Positions 46,978 to 58,094 of a stretch of DNA of 64,000 bases are shown piece after piece. The notes under the pieces are model-generated. The model worked only from the letters and a program-made list of their open reading frames with translations, made no database searches and was not told where the DNA came from. The position numbers and the translations under genes are program-made. Each line of letters begins with the position of its first letter. Within the stretch, counting starts at the first letter, position 1. The DNA is from a virus (taxonomy: Duplodnaviria; Caudoviricetes). The stretch lies in IMG/VR virus record IMGVR_UViG_3300010157_000061, positions 3,700 through 67,699 of that record; one strand, written 5' to 3'.

Positions 46978-47544
46978 ATGATAGGTATAAAAACACACAC
47001 GTGTACAAGTTGTGGAAAAGAGTTAATTTATGAGAATAAGGTTAGCTGGATGAATGCTAGGACGAAGCTAAATAAGACAGGAGTATTACGATGCCAACCC
47101 TGTGCAGGTAGAGAAGGCAGAGCAGCAAGTAATAAGCAAGTAACAGGAAGGCCAAAAGGAAGTAAGACTTGTCTAGAAAAGAGAATGAGCCATAGTCGAC
47201 CTGGTTCAGGAAGTCGGTTAAATAATTCACTAACTTTCGAACAAAGAATGCAAGGAATTGCTAGAAGAAACGGGTATGAAACTTACGAAGAGTATAGAAC
47301 TAGTCTAGATGCATGGGAAGCTTATAAAATAGACGTATGGAGAATAACTAACCAACAACCATTACATCTGTTAGAAAATTACGATAAAAGAGGTATAAAC
47401 GGAGAAGATGGTGCGTATACGTTAGACCACATTTATAGTATTCGAAAAGGTTTTAACAATAACGTACCTCCAGACGAAATAGGTACGATATCTAATCTCC
47501 AGATGCTACCTTGGCTAGATAATATAATAAAGGGGTGGAAGTAG
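46978..47544 (+). mobile_element. free-standing HNH homing endonuclease
   Basis: CTSC..CQPC zinc finger; LDHIYS..GF...NLQMLPWLDN..KG HNH core; start ATG 46978 follows TATTTATA (the longer track ORF crosses a terminator). Confidence 0.7.
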
Positions 47545-47611
47545 TGTAACAGGCTTTTTTATGTTATATACTTAAGATCTAAACTATTTATAATAAATCA
47601 TAGAGTGTTGT

Positions 47612-48274
47612 ATGAATACAAAGCGTAAACCTAAGAACCCTATCAAGTTTCAAATTTCTTTAAACGAAGAACAAAAAGAAGCTAAGACATTAATAGTTAA
47701 CAACACAATCACAATCCTAACCGGACAGGCAGGATCGGGTAAAACCTTAGTAGCTTGTCAAGCAGCCCTGGATGCTTTATTTACAGGCGAGGTTGAGAAG
47801 ATTGTAGTAGCTAGACCAGTTGTAACGGCTAAAGAAGAAATAGGCTTTCTACCTGGAAGTATGAAAGATAAACTAGATCCTTTTATTGCTCCAGTATTTG
47901 ATAACCTACACCGTCTATACAATAAAGAAAAGATAGATGCTTTGATACAGGAGAATATAATTGAGATCATACCAATAGCGTTTATGAGAGGTAGAAACTT
48001 TTCAGATAGTTTTGTTATCTTAGATGAGGCACAGAACATAACCGACAGTCAATTAGAATTAATCATAGGAAGACTTTGTGTAGGCTCTAAAATGGTAATC
48101 TCCGGAGATGTATCTCAAATAGATCTAAAAAACAAAAAGGAATCAGGTTTATTCTTTTTCAATAAAGCGATTGCAGGACAGGTAGAAGGAGTAGCTTCGA
48201 TGCACTTAAAGACCAATCACCGTCATCCAATCATCGAACCGATTCTAAACATATACAAACAATTAAGAGACTAA
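47612..48274 (+). CDS. phoH: PhoH-like ATPase
   Basis: GQAGSGKT, GFLPG..KLDP, FMRGRNF, ILDEAQN, GDVSQID, HRHP. Confidence 0.92.
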   Translation: MNTKRKPKNPIKFQISLNEEQKEAKTLIVNNTITILTGQAGSGKTLVACQAALDALFTGEVEKIVVARPVVTAKEEIGFLPGSMKDKLDPFIAPVFDNLHRLYNKEKIDALIQENIIEIIPIAFMRGRNFSDSFVILDEAQNITDSQLELIIGRLCVGSKMVISGDVSQIDLKNKKESGLFFFNKAIAGQVEGVASMHLKTNHRHPIIEPILNIYKQLRD

Positions 48275-48277
48275 AAA

Positions 48278-49444
48278 ATGGCTAATAAAGCAATCTATAA
48301 CGGATCACCAGGTATCATTTCAGGTTCAACTCCCTTTGGGTTCTACGACCTAGATGCACAGTATCAGGTAGATGGACCAAAGGTAGCAAATTTTGTTGCC
48401 CGTAAACTAGGCTACCCTATTATGGATGTCGAACTACAGGATCAGAATATCTATACCTGTTTTGAAGACGCAGTAACGACTTACGGTAATGAGCTATACC
48501 TCTTTAAGATAAGGGACAATTACTTATCTCTTGAGGGTAGTAAGACTGGTTCAAGTTTGAATAATACTGTGATAACCCCAAGCTTAAACGCAATCGTCAC
48601 TATAGCTGATAGTTTATATGGAGTCGAAATAGGGGCTGGAGGATTTGAGACCTGGTATACAGGTTCGGTTAAGTTAGAACCTAGACAATCTATAGTCGAT
48701 CTAACGGCCTGGGCATCGTCTTCAGGTATAGTAGAACCTGGAGATTCAATCGTTGTAAGGAGAGTATTCTATCAACAGAGTCCAGCTATAGTAAGATACT
48801 TTGACCCTTATCTAGGTTCAGGGTTTAACTATCAAGGTCTACTTGAAACGTTTGGATGGGGCTCTTATTCACCGGCAGTTTCTTATATGATGTTCCCTCT
48901 ATATTGGGATCTAGAAAGAATACAAGCTATTGAAATGTCTGACTACGTTAGAAGATCTCAATACTCATTTGAATTAGTTAATAATAAACTAACCATATTT
49001 CCAACCCCAGGTTCAGATGGAGGATATATTGCAATACAGTACACTAAGAGATCAGAGGGAGCTAGTCCAAGTAATGGACCATACTCTGGGTCTACTAACC
49101 TAGTTTCAAATATGGGTAATGTACCTTACGGTAATCCAGTCTATACACAGATTAATGCACCAGGTAGATATTGGATCTTTGAATACACAGCAGCTCTAGC
49201 TAAAGAGATGCTAGGCTACATTAGAGGAAAATATACAACAGTACAGATACCAGGAGCTGAAACAACATTAAACCAGTCGGATTTATTAGCAGATGCTAGA
49301 GCAGAAAAAGCAGCTTTACTTGAAAAACTTAGAGGAGATTTAGATGAGACTACTCGTCAAAAGCAACTTGAAAGGAAACAAGCAGAGAATTTAGCTATGA
49401 AATCTACATTTGATAATATGCCACTACAAATATTTATAGGATAA
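48278..49444 (+). CDS. neck protein (gp13-like)
   Basis: RKLGYPIMDVEL; W..EYTAALAKEMLG..RGKY..IPG..TLN. Confidence 0.7.
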   Translation: MANKAIYNGSPGIISGSTPFGFYDLDAQYQVDGPKVANFVARKLGYPIMDVELQDQNIYTCFEDAVTTYGNELYLFKIRDNYLSLEGSKTGSSLNNTVITPSLNAIVTIADSLYGVEIGAGGFETWYTGSVKLEPRQSIVDLTAWASSSGIVEPGDSIVVRRVFYQQSPAIVRYFDPYLGSGFNYQGLLETFGWGSYSPAVSYMMFPLYWDLERIQAIEMSDYVRRSQYSFELVNNKLTIFPTPGSDGGYIAIQYTKRSEGASPSNGPYSGSTNLVSNMGNVPYGNPVYTQINAPGRYWIFEYTAALAKEMLGYIRGKYTTVQIPGAETTLNQSDLLADARAEKAALLEKLRGDLDETTRQKQLERKQAENLAMKSTFDNMPLQIFIG

Positions 49445-49446
49445 TT

Positions 49447-49944
49447 ATGGCAATCTTTGGTAGCATAAACGATATCGATACATTCAAAATAATCTCAAGA
49501 GAGTTAGTAAATAATGTAGTAACTCAACAAATAGGTTACTATAAACTAAGTCTTCAAGACACAGTTCCAAATATTTATGGAGAGGCTCTATCAAAGAGTT
49601 ACGTAGGCCCTACATTATTCAACTGTCTAATCGAAAGAGGAGACTTTAATGCTCCAGCAGATGACTTTGGGGTAAGTACAACACGTGATGCTACATTTAG
49701 ATTCTTAAGAGATGATATGATAGATGCTAATACTGTACCGGATGTTGGAGATATTATAATGTATAACGAATTATATTACGAAGTAGATAACGTTAACAAC
49801 AATCAATTAGTACTAGGTAAAGATAATCAATACGCATACTCAAGTGGATTAGAAAACTTTGGTAATAACTTCTCCATCGTACTAAATACACATCTATCAC
49901 GTGGAAACAGATTAAATATCCTACCAGTTATACCTGTAAGCTAA
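49447..49944 (+). CDS. neck/head-closure protein (gp14-like)
   Basis: NIYGEA, PDVGDII..YYEVD; follows the gp13-like gene. Confidence 0.6.
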   Translation: MAIFGSINDIDTFKIISRELVNNVVTQQIGYYKLSLQDTVPNIYGEALSKSYVGPTLFNCLIERGDFNAPADDFGVSTTRDATFRFLRDDMIDANTVPDVGDIIMYNELYYEVDNVNNNQLVLGKDNQYAYSSGLENFGNNFSIVLNTHLSRGNRLNILPVIPVS

Positions 49945-49957
49945 ACTATAAACCAAT

Positions 49958-51232
49958 ATGGCAAACCAATCTAAACCACGCCCGGAGAATAGACGAGAGA
50001 TGATGGACAATCTCGTTGAACCCTATGATCAAACCATAGGGAATCCTAATGATATGTACTCAAAAACAGTTAGACCTGGTCAACCAGAATTCAATAGAGC
50101 ATACGAAATTTCAGAAAAGAAGGACAAAGATATCAACGTATCTGTTGGTATTAAAGATATTGATGAGGCGGTGATGTACTACTTTAAAAATGTTATCAAA
50201 CCAACAGTTATACAGAATAATGTACGGTATGTAGTACCTATAATCTACGGTGCACCAGAGAGATGGAAATCAGTACAGGCCGATGGCTACTATAAAGATT
50301 CAGCAGGTAAGATTCAGGTTCCACTCATTATGTTCAAAAGAGATAGTATAGATAGGAATAGGGATTTAGGTAATAAACTAGATGGTAATAAGGTTAATAA
50401 CTTGATACTGGTACAGAGAAGATTCAATAGGAGAAACATCTATGATAACTTTTCTCTACTCACCAATAGAGTACCTCAGAAAGAATACATCGTAGCATTT
50501 CCACCTGATTATATAACATTGACCTATAGCTGTATCATCTTTACAGACTTCGTAGAACAGATGGACAAACTAGTTGAAATGATTAACTTTGCCTCTGATT
50601 CTTATTGGGGAGATCCAAGTAAGTTTCAGTTTAGAGCAAGAATAGATTCTTATTCTACTCAGGTTTCTTTAGAAGCCGGTCAAGATAGAGCAGTCAAGAG
50701 TACATTTAATATCGTGATGAGTGGATATATTATTCCGGATAGTCTGAATAGAGAGATAGCGAGTTCAAATAGAATCTTCTCAACCTCACAAGTCATATTT
50801 GGCTTAGAGACTGCTGAATCTAGTGAACAATTTACCGCCAATCTTAAAAAACCTGTACGAAGAACTCAAGCAGGTATTGTTTCAAGTGATTCAACCAACG
50901 TAACTATTAATAACATAACGGTGAATAACGGAGGAAGTACAGGTGATCTAACATATTTGAATACAAATAATACTGCAGTATCAAATAGTGCAACTACATC
51001 GGTTATAACATTTACCGGTTATACCATAACTCAACCACCTGCAGGATCATCTCTACCATCGACTACTAAAATTAATTTTGCTTTGTATAGAAATGGTCAA
51101 TATGTAGGACAGGAATACATTATATCAATCATTCAAGTAGGATCTAATATAGAGGTAACTGTTAATACATCGACATTAGGTTATAATCTAGAAGTAACAG
51201 ATACATTTGAATTAATAGGAAAACTACAATAA
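49958..51232 (+). CDS. tail sheath stabiliser/terminator (gp15-like)
   Basis: VPIIYGAPERW, PLIMFKR, PDYITLTY motifs; position after neck genes. Confidence 0.6.
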   Translation: MANQSKPRPENRREMMDNLVEPYDQTIGNPNDMYSKTVRPGQPEFNRAYEISEKKDKDINVSVGIKDIDEAVMYYFKNVIKPTVIQNNVRYVVPIIYGAPERWKSVQADGYYKDSAGKIQVPLIMFKRDSIDRNRDLGNKLDGNKVNNLILVQRRFNRRNIYDNFSLLTNRVPQKEYIVAFPPDYITLTYSCIIFTDFVEQMDKLVEMINFASDSYWGDPSKFQFRARIDSYSTQVSLEAGQDRAVKSTFNIVMSGYIIPDSLNREIASSNRIFSTSQVIFGLETAESSEQFTANLKKPVRRTQAGIVSSDSTNVTINNITVNNGGSTGDLTYLNTNNTAVSNSATTSVITFTGYTITQPPAGSSLPSTTKINFALYRNGQYVGQEYIISIIQVGSNIEVTVNTSTLGYNLEVTDTFELIGKLQ

Positions 51233-51236
51233 CAAC

Positions 51237-54200
51237 ATGCCAAATTTAATACATAGCAATCAATTATTATACCCTTTATCGGGCTCATTTAGTGGATCTT
51301 TACAGGGAACATCATCATATGCTACTACTGCTAGTTATGTAATAAGTAGTTCATATGCAATTTCTGCAAGTTATTCAACAACTTCATCTTATGCTGTATC
51401 AAGTTCTTATGCCCTAAGTTCATCACAAGCTACTAGTGCATCTTACGCTTTTAGTGCATCGTATGCTGCAAGTGCATCTTACGCTACTAGTGCTTCATAT
51501 GTTGTAAGTTCTAGCTATGCTTTAAGTGCCTCATTTGCTACCTCTGCTTCATTTGCAATCTCTGCATCATGGGCACCGCCTTCATCTGTATCAGCAGGTG
51601 GTACAGATAAATCTATACAATTTAACAATAACGGACCATTAAGTGGATCTAATAACTTTACATTTGATAAAGCAACTAGTCAAGTATCTCTAACCGGTTC
51701 TATGGATCTTGCTGGTTATGTAAAATTTGATCCTGTAACAACTAATATAAACCAAAGTATATCAGCATCCTATATTTATGTATCAGGATCAACACAAGAT
51801 TTATACTTTACACAAAATGGTAGTGGATACGGTAATACAACACGCCTAAGATGGCTTGAATCTGTATTATACACAGGTATACTAAATGGCGGTGTACTAA
51901 CATCAACACCTGATACTACTACATTTTCAATAACATCTGGTAGCGGTTTAATCGTTACTCAAAATGCTTCTACGAATAATAATCCATATCCGGTAGTTAA
52001 ACAAATATCCTGGCCAACACAAACTTTACCTATTACATACTCAGGATCAGCTAAGATTACTTATGTAGGTATTGACAATACAGGTACTATTATACAACAA
52101 ACAGTACCTTGGGGTACTCTAGATATAAACCAATGGGATAATTCAATAGCAATAGGTGTTGTACTAACACTAAGCGGCAGCGTATCAACAGGTGTATTTA
52201 ATTCACCTCAAATATCATACGGACCAGCACAAAAGACCGATGACTTTTTTAGAGCATTTGGACCATTAAAAATGTCGGGGCACACTCTTAGAGCAAGTGG
52301 TAGTTCACCAACATTAAGTATTATTAAAGATGCGGGAACATCATATCGTGAAGGTGCTAACTATGTTATTAATCCAAATCACCCATCTACTGTAGTAGAA
52401 AATAGTATTAATACATCTAAAATATACAGGTATTATATATCAGGCTCTACACCTGTAATTGATACTGGTGTAAATAATGCTGGTTATACAGCTATTGATA
52501 GTAAAAACTACGTTGATACTACTACAGGTCAATTAGCATTAGTAGGTGGAGCTTATTGGTCAATACAAAGAGTATTTTGGGTTCCAAACTCTCCAACAAA
52601 TGCCTTTATTGTATACTATGGTAATGATAGGTATCGTAGTTTAGTAGATGCTACAAATGCACGAGATAGTGAACCATTTGTTGAAGCACCTAACACAGCT
52701 CAAAATGCTATATTCATAGGATATATTATTATACAAGGAGGTGGTAGCGGTACTCCTGCTCGTGATCTATTAAACGCCAGTGAAGCAACTATCCTTCAAG
52801 CAGGATTATTTAGAAGTATTGGAGGGGTAGGTTCATCAGGAACAAATTTTGTATCAACAACATTAGCCGGATTAGCCGATGTATCTTTATCAGGTAATAC
52901 ACCAGGTGATTTATTGGTATACGGAACTAATTCTACCTGGAATAATAAAAAACAACTAACTGGGTCTTACGAATTAACAGGATCGTTAGTTGTAACACAA
53001 AATATATCAGCTAGTTCATTTACCGGATCTTTATTCGGCACAGCTACTACAGCATCCTATGTCCTACAGGCAGTAAGTAGTTCATTTGCTTCAACAGCTA
53101 GTTACGTACAAACAGCACAAACAGCTAGTTACGTATTACAAGCAGTATCAGCATCATTTGCTTCAACAGTACCTTCAACCGGTATAATAGGTAATATAAC
53201 AAGAATAGCAACAGGTTCAGTTACAGCTTCAGTTACACCAACTGGGTTTACGGTAGTGAGTGGAAGTTCAACTGAATTATCCGTAACAGGTACAGGTGTT
53301 ACTATAGGTAATGCTATAACAGATACACATAGAATAACAGGTTCTCTAGCTATAACTGGTTCGGCTGCTATAGTAGGTTCTTTTAACGTAGGTACAGCAT
53401 TGAATGTAACTGCTTCAACTAATAACGTTCAGATTGGTACAACAGTAGATGCTGGTTTTAAACTAGATGTTAATGGTACAACAAGACTAGCAGGTGCAAC
53501 TACAGTAACAGGTAATACTTATTTAGGTACTACTTCTCTAAGTAGAGTAGGTATTTTTACTACCACACCAACTGCTTCTTTACACATTTTAGGAACTATA
53601 TCAGGTTCTGGACCTGTAACTGGTAATGAGGTTTTAAGAGGAACTTGGTTACAATCAGTTTTACACCCATCAAGTTCAGGAGGTACTCTATATGGACTAG
53701 AAGTAAACCCAACATTTGATAGAGTATTCCCAGGAGATGGATCGAGTCCATATACCCAATATAATACTAGAATGTTTATGTCTGCTAGTGCTACAGTTTC
53801 TTCAGATGGACTGGGTATATTAACACTAGAAGGTACTCTTACAGATAATAATAGTGTTAACAATACTACTGTTAGACTTATAAACATAACACCTACAGTA
53901 AATAGAATATTAGGGAATCCATCTAATACTCTACTATTTAACAATAGTATATACTCAGCACCAACAATCCAGACGGGGTCAGGAGCTTCAACAACGTTAA
54001 ACGGATATTGGAGAGATATAGTTAGTGTGCCCACCGTTAGGGGATTTCAAAATATAGAACAGGTAATGTGTTTTTATGCCTCGCCGACTGTTATACCAAC
54101 AGCAAACCAAAATGGATTATGGGGATATTACTATAGCGGTAGCGGTGGCACAGCTATTAACCATACTGCTTATGAAAATGTTAACGGTAATAATGCTTTA

Positions 54201-54572
54201 AATACACTATCAGGAAGTACTTTCATAGGCTACCCTACTAAAAACAATACTACAACATTTAAACTAGATGTATTAGGAAATACTAGACTATCGGGTAGTT
54301 TAAATATATCTGGTTCTATAACAGTAACAGGTTCTCTACTAATGCCATCGGGTTCAAATACAAGAGTAGGTACAGCAACCTTAGTAGGAGGTAATACTTT
54401 AGTAGCTAATACAACAGTTACAGCTAACTCACTAATCTATCTAACTACTCAAACAGTAGGAGGAATACTAGGAGCATTGTATATAGGTGCTAAATCAGCC
54501 GGTACTTCATTTGCAGTATCATCATCAAACGTAGCCGATACCTCAACCTTTGCATATTTTATAATCAACTAA
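51237..54572 (+). CDS. tail fibre protein
   Basis: 1111 aa, S/T/G-rich; [AS]SYA hexad repeats; FKLDVNG motifs. Confidence 0.65.
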   Translation: MPNLIHSNQLLYPLSGSFSGSLQGTSSYATTASYVISSSYAISASYSTTSSYAVSSSYALSSSQATSASYAFSASYAASASYATSASYVVSSSYALSASFATSASFAISASWAPPSSVSAGGTDKSIQFNNNGPLSGSNNFTFDKATSQVSLTGSMDLAGYVKFDPVTTNINQSISASYIYVSGSTQDLYFTQNGSGYGNTTRLRWLESVLYTGILNGGVLTSTPDTTTFSITSGSGLIVTQNASTNNNPYPVVKQISWPTQTLPITYSGSAKITYVGIDNTGTIIQQTVPWGTLDINQWDNSIAIGVVLTLSGSVSTGVFNSPQISYGPAQKTDDFFRAFGPLKMSGHTLRASGSSPTLSIIKDAGTSYREGANYVINPNHPSTVVENSINTSKIYRYYISGSTPVIDTGVNNAGYTAIDSKNYVDTTTGQLALVGGAYWSIQRVFWVPNSPTNAFIVYYGNDRYRSLVDATNARDSEPFVEAPNTAQNAIFIGYIIIQGGGSGTPARDLLNASEATILQAGLFRSIGGVGSSGTNFVSTTLAGLADVSLSGNTPGDLLVYGTNSTWNNKKQLTGSYELTGSLVVTQNISASSFTGSLFGTATTASYVLQAVSSSFASTASYVQTAQTASYVLQAVSASFASTVPSTGIIGNITRIATGSVTASVTPTGFTVVSGSSTELSVTGTGVTIGNAITDTHRITGSLAITGSAAIVGSFNVGTALNVTASTNNVQIGTTVDAGFKLDVNGTTRLAGATTVTGNTYLGTTSLSRVGIFTTTPTASLHILGTISGSGPVTGNEVLRGTWLQSVLHPSSSGGTLYGLEVNPTFDRVFPGDGSSPYTQYNTRMFMSASATVSSDGLGILTLEGTLTDNNSVNNTTVRLINITPTVNRILGNPSNTLLFNNSIYSAPTIQTGSGASTTLNGYWRDIVSVPTVRGFQNIEQVMCFYASPTVIPTANQNGLWGYYYSGSGGTAINHTAYENVNGNNALNTLSGSTFIGYPTKNNTTTFKLDVLGNTRLSGSLNISGSITVTGSLLMPSGSNTRVGTATLVGGNTLVANTTVTANSLIYLTTQTVGGILGALYIGAKSAGTSFAVSSSNVADTSTFAYFIIN
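51310..51570 (+). repeat. degenerate 18-bp (6-aa xxASYA) tandem coding repeat
   Basis: TSSYA TTASYV ISSSYA ISASYS...; about 14 units, with a second shorter block near 53040-53165. Confidence 0.8.
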
Positions 54573-54585
54573 AACTAATAATATA

Positions 54586-54792
54586 ATGGAAATAACAATT
54601 ACAAAAACAGCAACCAAGATAAGATGGTATATGTTGAGTTACCCAGAAAGTACAGTAAGTTATTACGAACTACAGACCGAAAGTGGAGAAACAGTTAGTA
54701 GAGGTAATGTAACTATACCCCAAGAAGTAATAGATGTATGGGGGACAGATGATAGTGTGATAGAGAACTATATAATAAGTCAAATTAGTTAA
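54586..54792 (+). CDS. small tail-fibre-associated protein
   Basis: 68 aa with WGTDD motif, directly after the fibre gene. Confidence 0.5.
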   Translation: MEITITKTATKIRWYMLSYPESTVSYYELQTESGETVSRGNVTIPQEVIDVWGTDDSVIENYIISQIS

Positions 54793-54793
54793 G

Positions 54794-55276
54794 ATGAAAT
54801 ATACCTGTCCAAAAAACTTTCATAACTTCCTACCAAGCTTTCCAAGATTATACTGGAAGAAGAATGTATACCGATGGGAGGTAGTCTTTAATGAAAACTG
54901 TGCCTACGATTTAAAAAGTAATGACCAATTAGATTGGAATAAACTAGTCGGAGTATCTCAACATTTTAATCCTAGACTCAATAGTCTAAGATTTGTTTGG
55001 AGGTATAATCTAGACACTAAGCTAATAGAGATAGGCGTGTATTCTGAGAAGAATTATGTGTTTGAATACAAACTATTAACCACGGTAAAACCCACGGAGA
55101 AACTCAATCTAACAATGTATTTTCAAGGTTCTACAGCACTTCTAATAGCTAATACTCAAGTCCAAGTAGTACCCTATGTCTTAGACAAGAGTATGACTAT
55201 AAGATGTAATCCATACTTTGGAGGCAACCGTACAGCACCACATTGTATGACTCTAAGTCTTAAAAAAAGTAGTTAA
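54794..55276 (+). CDS. hypothetical protein
   Basis: DQLDWNKLVG...PYFGGNRTAPH. Confidence 0.6.
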   Translation: MKYTCPKNFHNFLPSFPRLYWKKNVYRWEVVFNENCAYDLKSNDQLDWNKLVGVSQHFNPRLNSLRFVWRYNLDTKLIEIGVYSEKNYVFEYKLLTTVKPTEKLNLTMYFQGSTALLIANTQVQVVPYVLDKSMTIRCNPYFGGNRTAPHCMTLSLKKSS

Positions 55277-55330
55277 TCAAGGTAGGTTTAGTAGATTTAC
55301 AGCCTATTTATATATATAAAACTATACAGC

Positions 55331-55570
55331 ATGATTATATTTAGTATATTATCGGGAGTAATGATTGCTACCCTATTAATGGTCAATATGTATATCGTAA
55401 AAAATTCGGCAGAGATTAATAACAATCAGCCCTTACCCGAAGACGACCAAGTCTTAAGTGAAGATTACGTTAAAGAAGAAGTAACGATACAAGAACCTGT
55501 AGTCATACCTACCACCCCACCTTCAATACCGGTGCAACCAAAAAAGAAAAAATCAAGTAAAAAACAATAA
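55331..55570 (+). CDS. small membrane-anchored protein
   Basis: N-terminal hydrophobic helix and basic C-terminus. Confidence 0.5.
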   Translation: MIIFSILSGVMIATLLMVNMYIVKNSAEINNNQPLPEDDQVLSEDYVKEEVTIQEPVVIPTTPPSIPVQPKKKKSSKKQ

Positions 55571-55575
55571 ATTTT

Positions 55576-55821
55576 ATGACAGAAGTTAAAACAGTTACTC
55601 AAGAAGAGTTACAGGAATTAAAAGGCCTAAGAAATAAATCAGATGAATTTATAATTCACTTAGGAGAGATACATTATCAAAAGACTATCTTGGATGCTCA
55701 AGAGAATCAACTCAAAGAAGGTATCATTGCTCTAAAGTTAGAAGAGAAATCAGTTACAGATAAATTAGTTGCAAAATACGGAAATGTTTCTATCGATATA
55801 GAAACCGGCACTATCAATTAG
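55576..55821 (+). CDS. small coiled-coil protein
   Basis: KYGNVSIDIETG C-terminus; precedes sheath. Confidence 0.6.
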   Translation: MTEVKTVTQEELQELKGLRNKSDEFIIHLGEIHYQKTILDAQENQLKEGIIALKLEEKSVTDKLVAKYGNVSIDIETGTIN

Positions 55822-55885
55822 TGTGAAATAAAAAATGGTTTTGCCTTTTAAGTATCTATTTATTATTAGAAACTAATTTATAAAC

Positions 55886-58072
55886 ATGGCAGAAACTTTA
55901 ATATCTCCGGGTGTATTCTTACAAGAGAATGACCAATCACAAATCCAACAAGGACCTATCACAGTAGGTGCAGCTATCATCGGACCAACCGTCTATGGAC
56001 CTGTAAACATTCCAACTGTCGCAAGATCATACTCTGACTTCAAAGCGAAGTTCGGAGCGTCTTTCGTTAGTGGAGGGACTAGCTTTGAGTACCTAACCTC
56101 AATCGCAGCTTTGAACTACTTCAACCAAGGTGGTGAAACATTGTTAGTAACAAGAGTAGTATCAGGTACGTATAGTTCCGCTACAGCTTCTGTTGGTAAT
56201 AATATCGCATCAGTAACCGGTCTAACAGCTAATGCTTCTATCGAGACTAGTACCTGGACTGCAGCTAATACAGCATCAGGTGTAGCACTTACAATCGTAA
56301 CTCCGGATAACAACTACCGTTATGTAGCAGGAGCTGCATTTGGAGCAGGTAACAATGTAAATGTTTATTATCCGACTCTAGACTACGGGTATTTTAGCCC
56401 TAACTCAGGTAACGGATACACAAAAGACCAGTGGACAGGATCTTTAATTACATTTGTTGCTGCCCAACCGGAATTAGCTGGTTTATTTACTATATCAAGT
56501 TCAGGTACTAAATTAATTATAAGTGCTTCTTCAGCTGGTACAGCTTTAAACGGAACTAAGTTCTATACAGGCTTATATATAGGATCACCTACAGGCTCTA
56601 CAGTAGCTTCAGGAACTTTAGCAGGCGGTACTGCTCCAACCTTATCTACAGCATTTACTATTGAGACACTATCTCAAGGTATTATAATGAATAATGATTA
56701 CGCAGCTACTACACCAACTAGTTCATTACAGTCAGGTTCAGCTAATAACGTTAGATATGAGGTAAGTTTTTGCGATACTGGATCTGGTTTATTTACTTTA
56801 ATAGTAAGAAGAGGAGATGATTACCAACAACAAAAGAACGTATTAGAGACTTGGAATAATCTATCTCTAGATCCAAATCAAGCTAACTATATCAGCTATG
56901 TAATCGGTGATCAAACAGTAAATTATGCTCAAGATGAAACTGGCGCTTATTATCTACAGTACAGTGGATCTTATCCAAATCAGAGTAGATACATTAGAGT
57001 TAAATCAGTAGCATATCCAACACCAAATTACTTAGACAATCAAGGACGAGCACAGACACAATACCTAAGCTATATGCCGGTAGTAGGATCTGGTTCAGCA
57101 AACGGATCATTCGGTGGAGCGGTAGGTAATACTATTCAATCAGCTGCAATGAATCTATTCGAAAATATTCCAGCAGCAAATAGTGTAGCAACATCACCAA
57201 CAACAAATATTCAAGGTGTATTCCAAAGTGATTACGCAGTAGCGATCGGATTACTAGGTAATAAAGATCAATACGATTTTAAAACCATTTCTGCACCTGG
57301 CTTAACAGCACAGAATGCAAGTTCAAAAGTAAGTGATTTATTGAGCCTATCACAGACCAGAGGTACAAGTATCTCAGTGGTAGATATGACTTCATATGCA
57401 CAGAATATAACAACCGCTACTCAACAAGCTGGTACTTTAGATTCAAGCTACGGTGCAACATATTGGCCTTGGGTTCAATTAAGATCTCAAGAAACAGGTA
57501 AATTATTCTTTTGTCCTGCATCTACAATCGTACCTGCAGTATACGAATACAGTGATAAGATATCTGCAGAATGGTTCGCTCCAGCAGGTCTAACTAGAGG
57601 TGGTTTAACAACAGTTATTCAACCAGAAAGAAGATTGACAGTAGGTCAACGTGATATCCTATATGCAGCGAGTGTGAATCCAATCGCAATTTTCCCAGGT
57701 CAAGGTACAGTAATCTACGGTCAAAAGACACTACAAGCTAAACCAACCGCTCTAGACAGAGTAGGTGTAAGAAAACTATTAATCGCTTTAAAACGTTACA
57801 TTGGAAATATTGCAGAAGGATTAGTATTCGAACAAAATACACAATCAACACGTAATAACTTCTTAAACCAAGTTAACCCGTACTTACAATATGTACAGCA
57901 AAAACAAGGTTTATATGCTTTCAAAGTAGTAATGGATGATTCAAATAACACACCGGATGTAATTGATAGAAACCAATTAGTAGGTGCGATTTACTTACAA
58001 CCAACTAGAACTGCCGAATTTATTATGATCGACTTCAACGTTCAACCAACCGGTACAACATTTGGAGTATAA
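55886..58072 (+). CDS. gp18: tail sheath protein (gp18-like)
   Basis: ISPGVF..END.S, YWPW, WFAPAG..RG, VNPI..FPG.G..YGQKT, RKLLI, FEQN. Confidence 0.93.
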   Translation: MAETLISPGVFLQENDQSQIQQGPITVGAAIIGPTVYGPVNIPTVARSYSDFKAKFGASFVSGGTSFEYLTSIAALNYFNQGGETLLVTRVVSGTYSSATASVGNNIASVTGLTANASIETSTWTAANTASGVALTIVTPDNNYRYVAGAAFGAGNNVNVYYPTLDYGYFSPNSGNGYTKDQWTGSLITFVAAQPELAGLFTISSSGTKLIISASSAGTALNGTKFYTGLYIGSPTGSTVASGTLAGGTAPTLSTAFTIETLSQGIIMNNDYAATTPTSSLQSGSANNVRYEVSFCDTGSGLFTLIVRRGDDYQQQKNVLETWNNLSLDPNQANYISYVIGDQTVNYAQDETGAYYLQYSGSYPNQSRYIRVKSVAYPTPNYLDNQGRAQTQYLSYMPVVGSGSANGSFGGAVGNTIQSAAMNLFENIPAANSVATSPTTNIQGVFQSDYAVAIGLLGNKDQYDFKTISAPGLTAQNASSKVSDLLSLSQTRGTSISVVDMTSYAQNITTATQQAGTLDSSYGATYWPWVQLRSQETGKLFFCPASTIVPAVYEYSDKISAEWFAPAGLTRGGLTTVIQPERRLTVGQRDILYAASVNPIAIFPGQGTVIYGQKTLQAKPTALDRVGVRKLLIALKRYIGNIAEGLVFEQNTQSTRNNFLNQVNPYLQYVQQKQGLYAFKVVMDDSNNTPDVIDRNQLVGAIYLQPTRTAEFIMIDFNVQPTGTTFGV

Positions 58073-58094
58073 TTAAAAATAACTAGACTAAAGA

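Noticed and set aside
51310-51570. Tandem repeats as a CRISPR array
   Set aside because: They are degenerate in-frame coding repeats (xxASYA) with no identical repeats or unique spacers.
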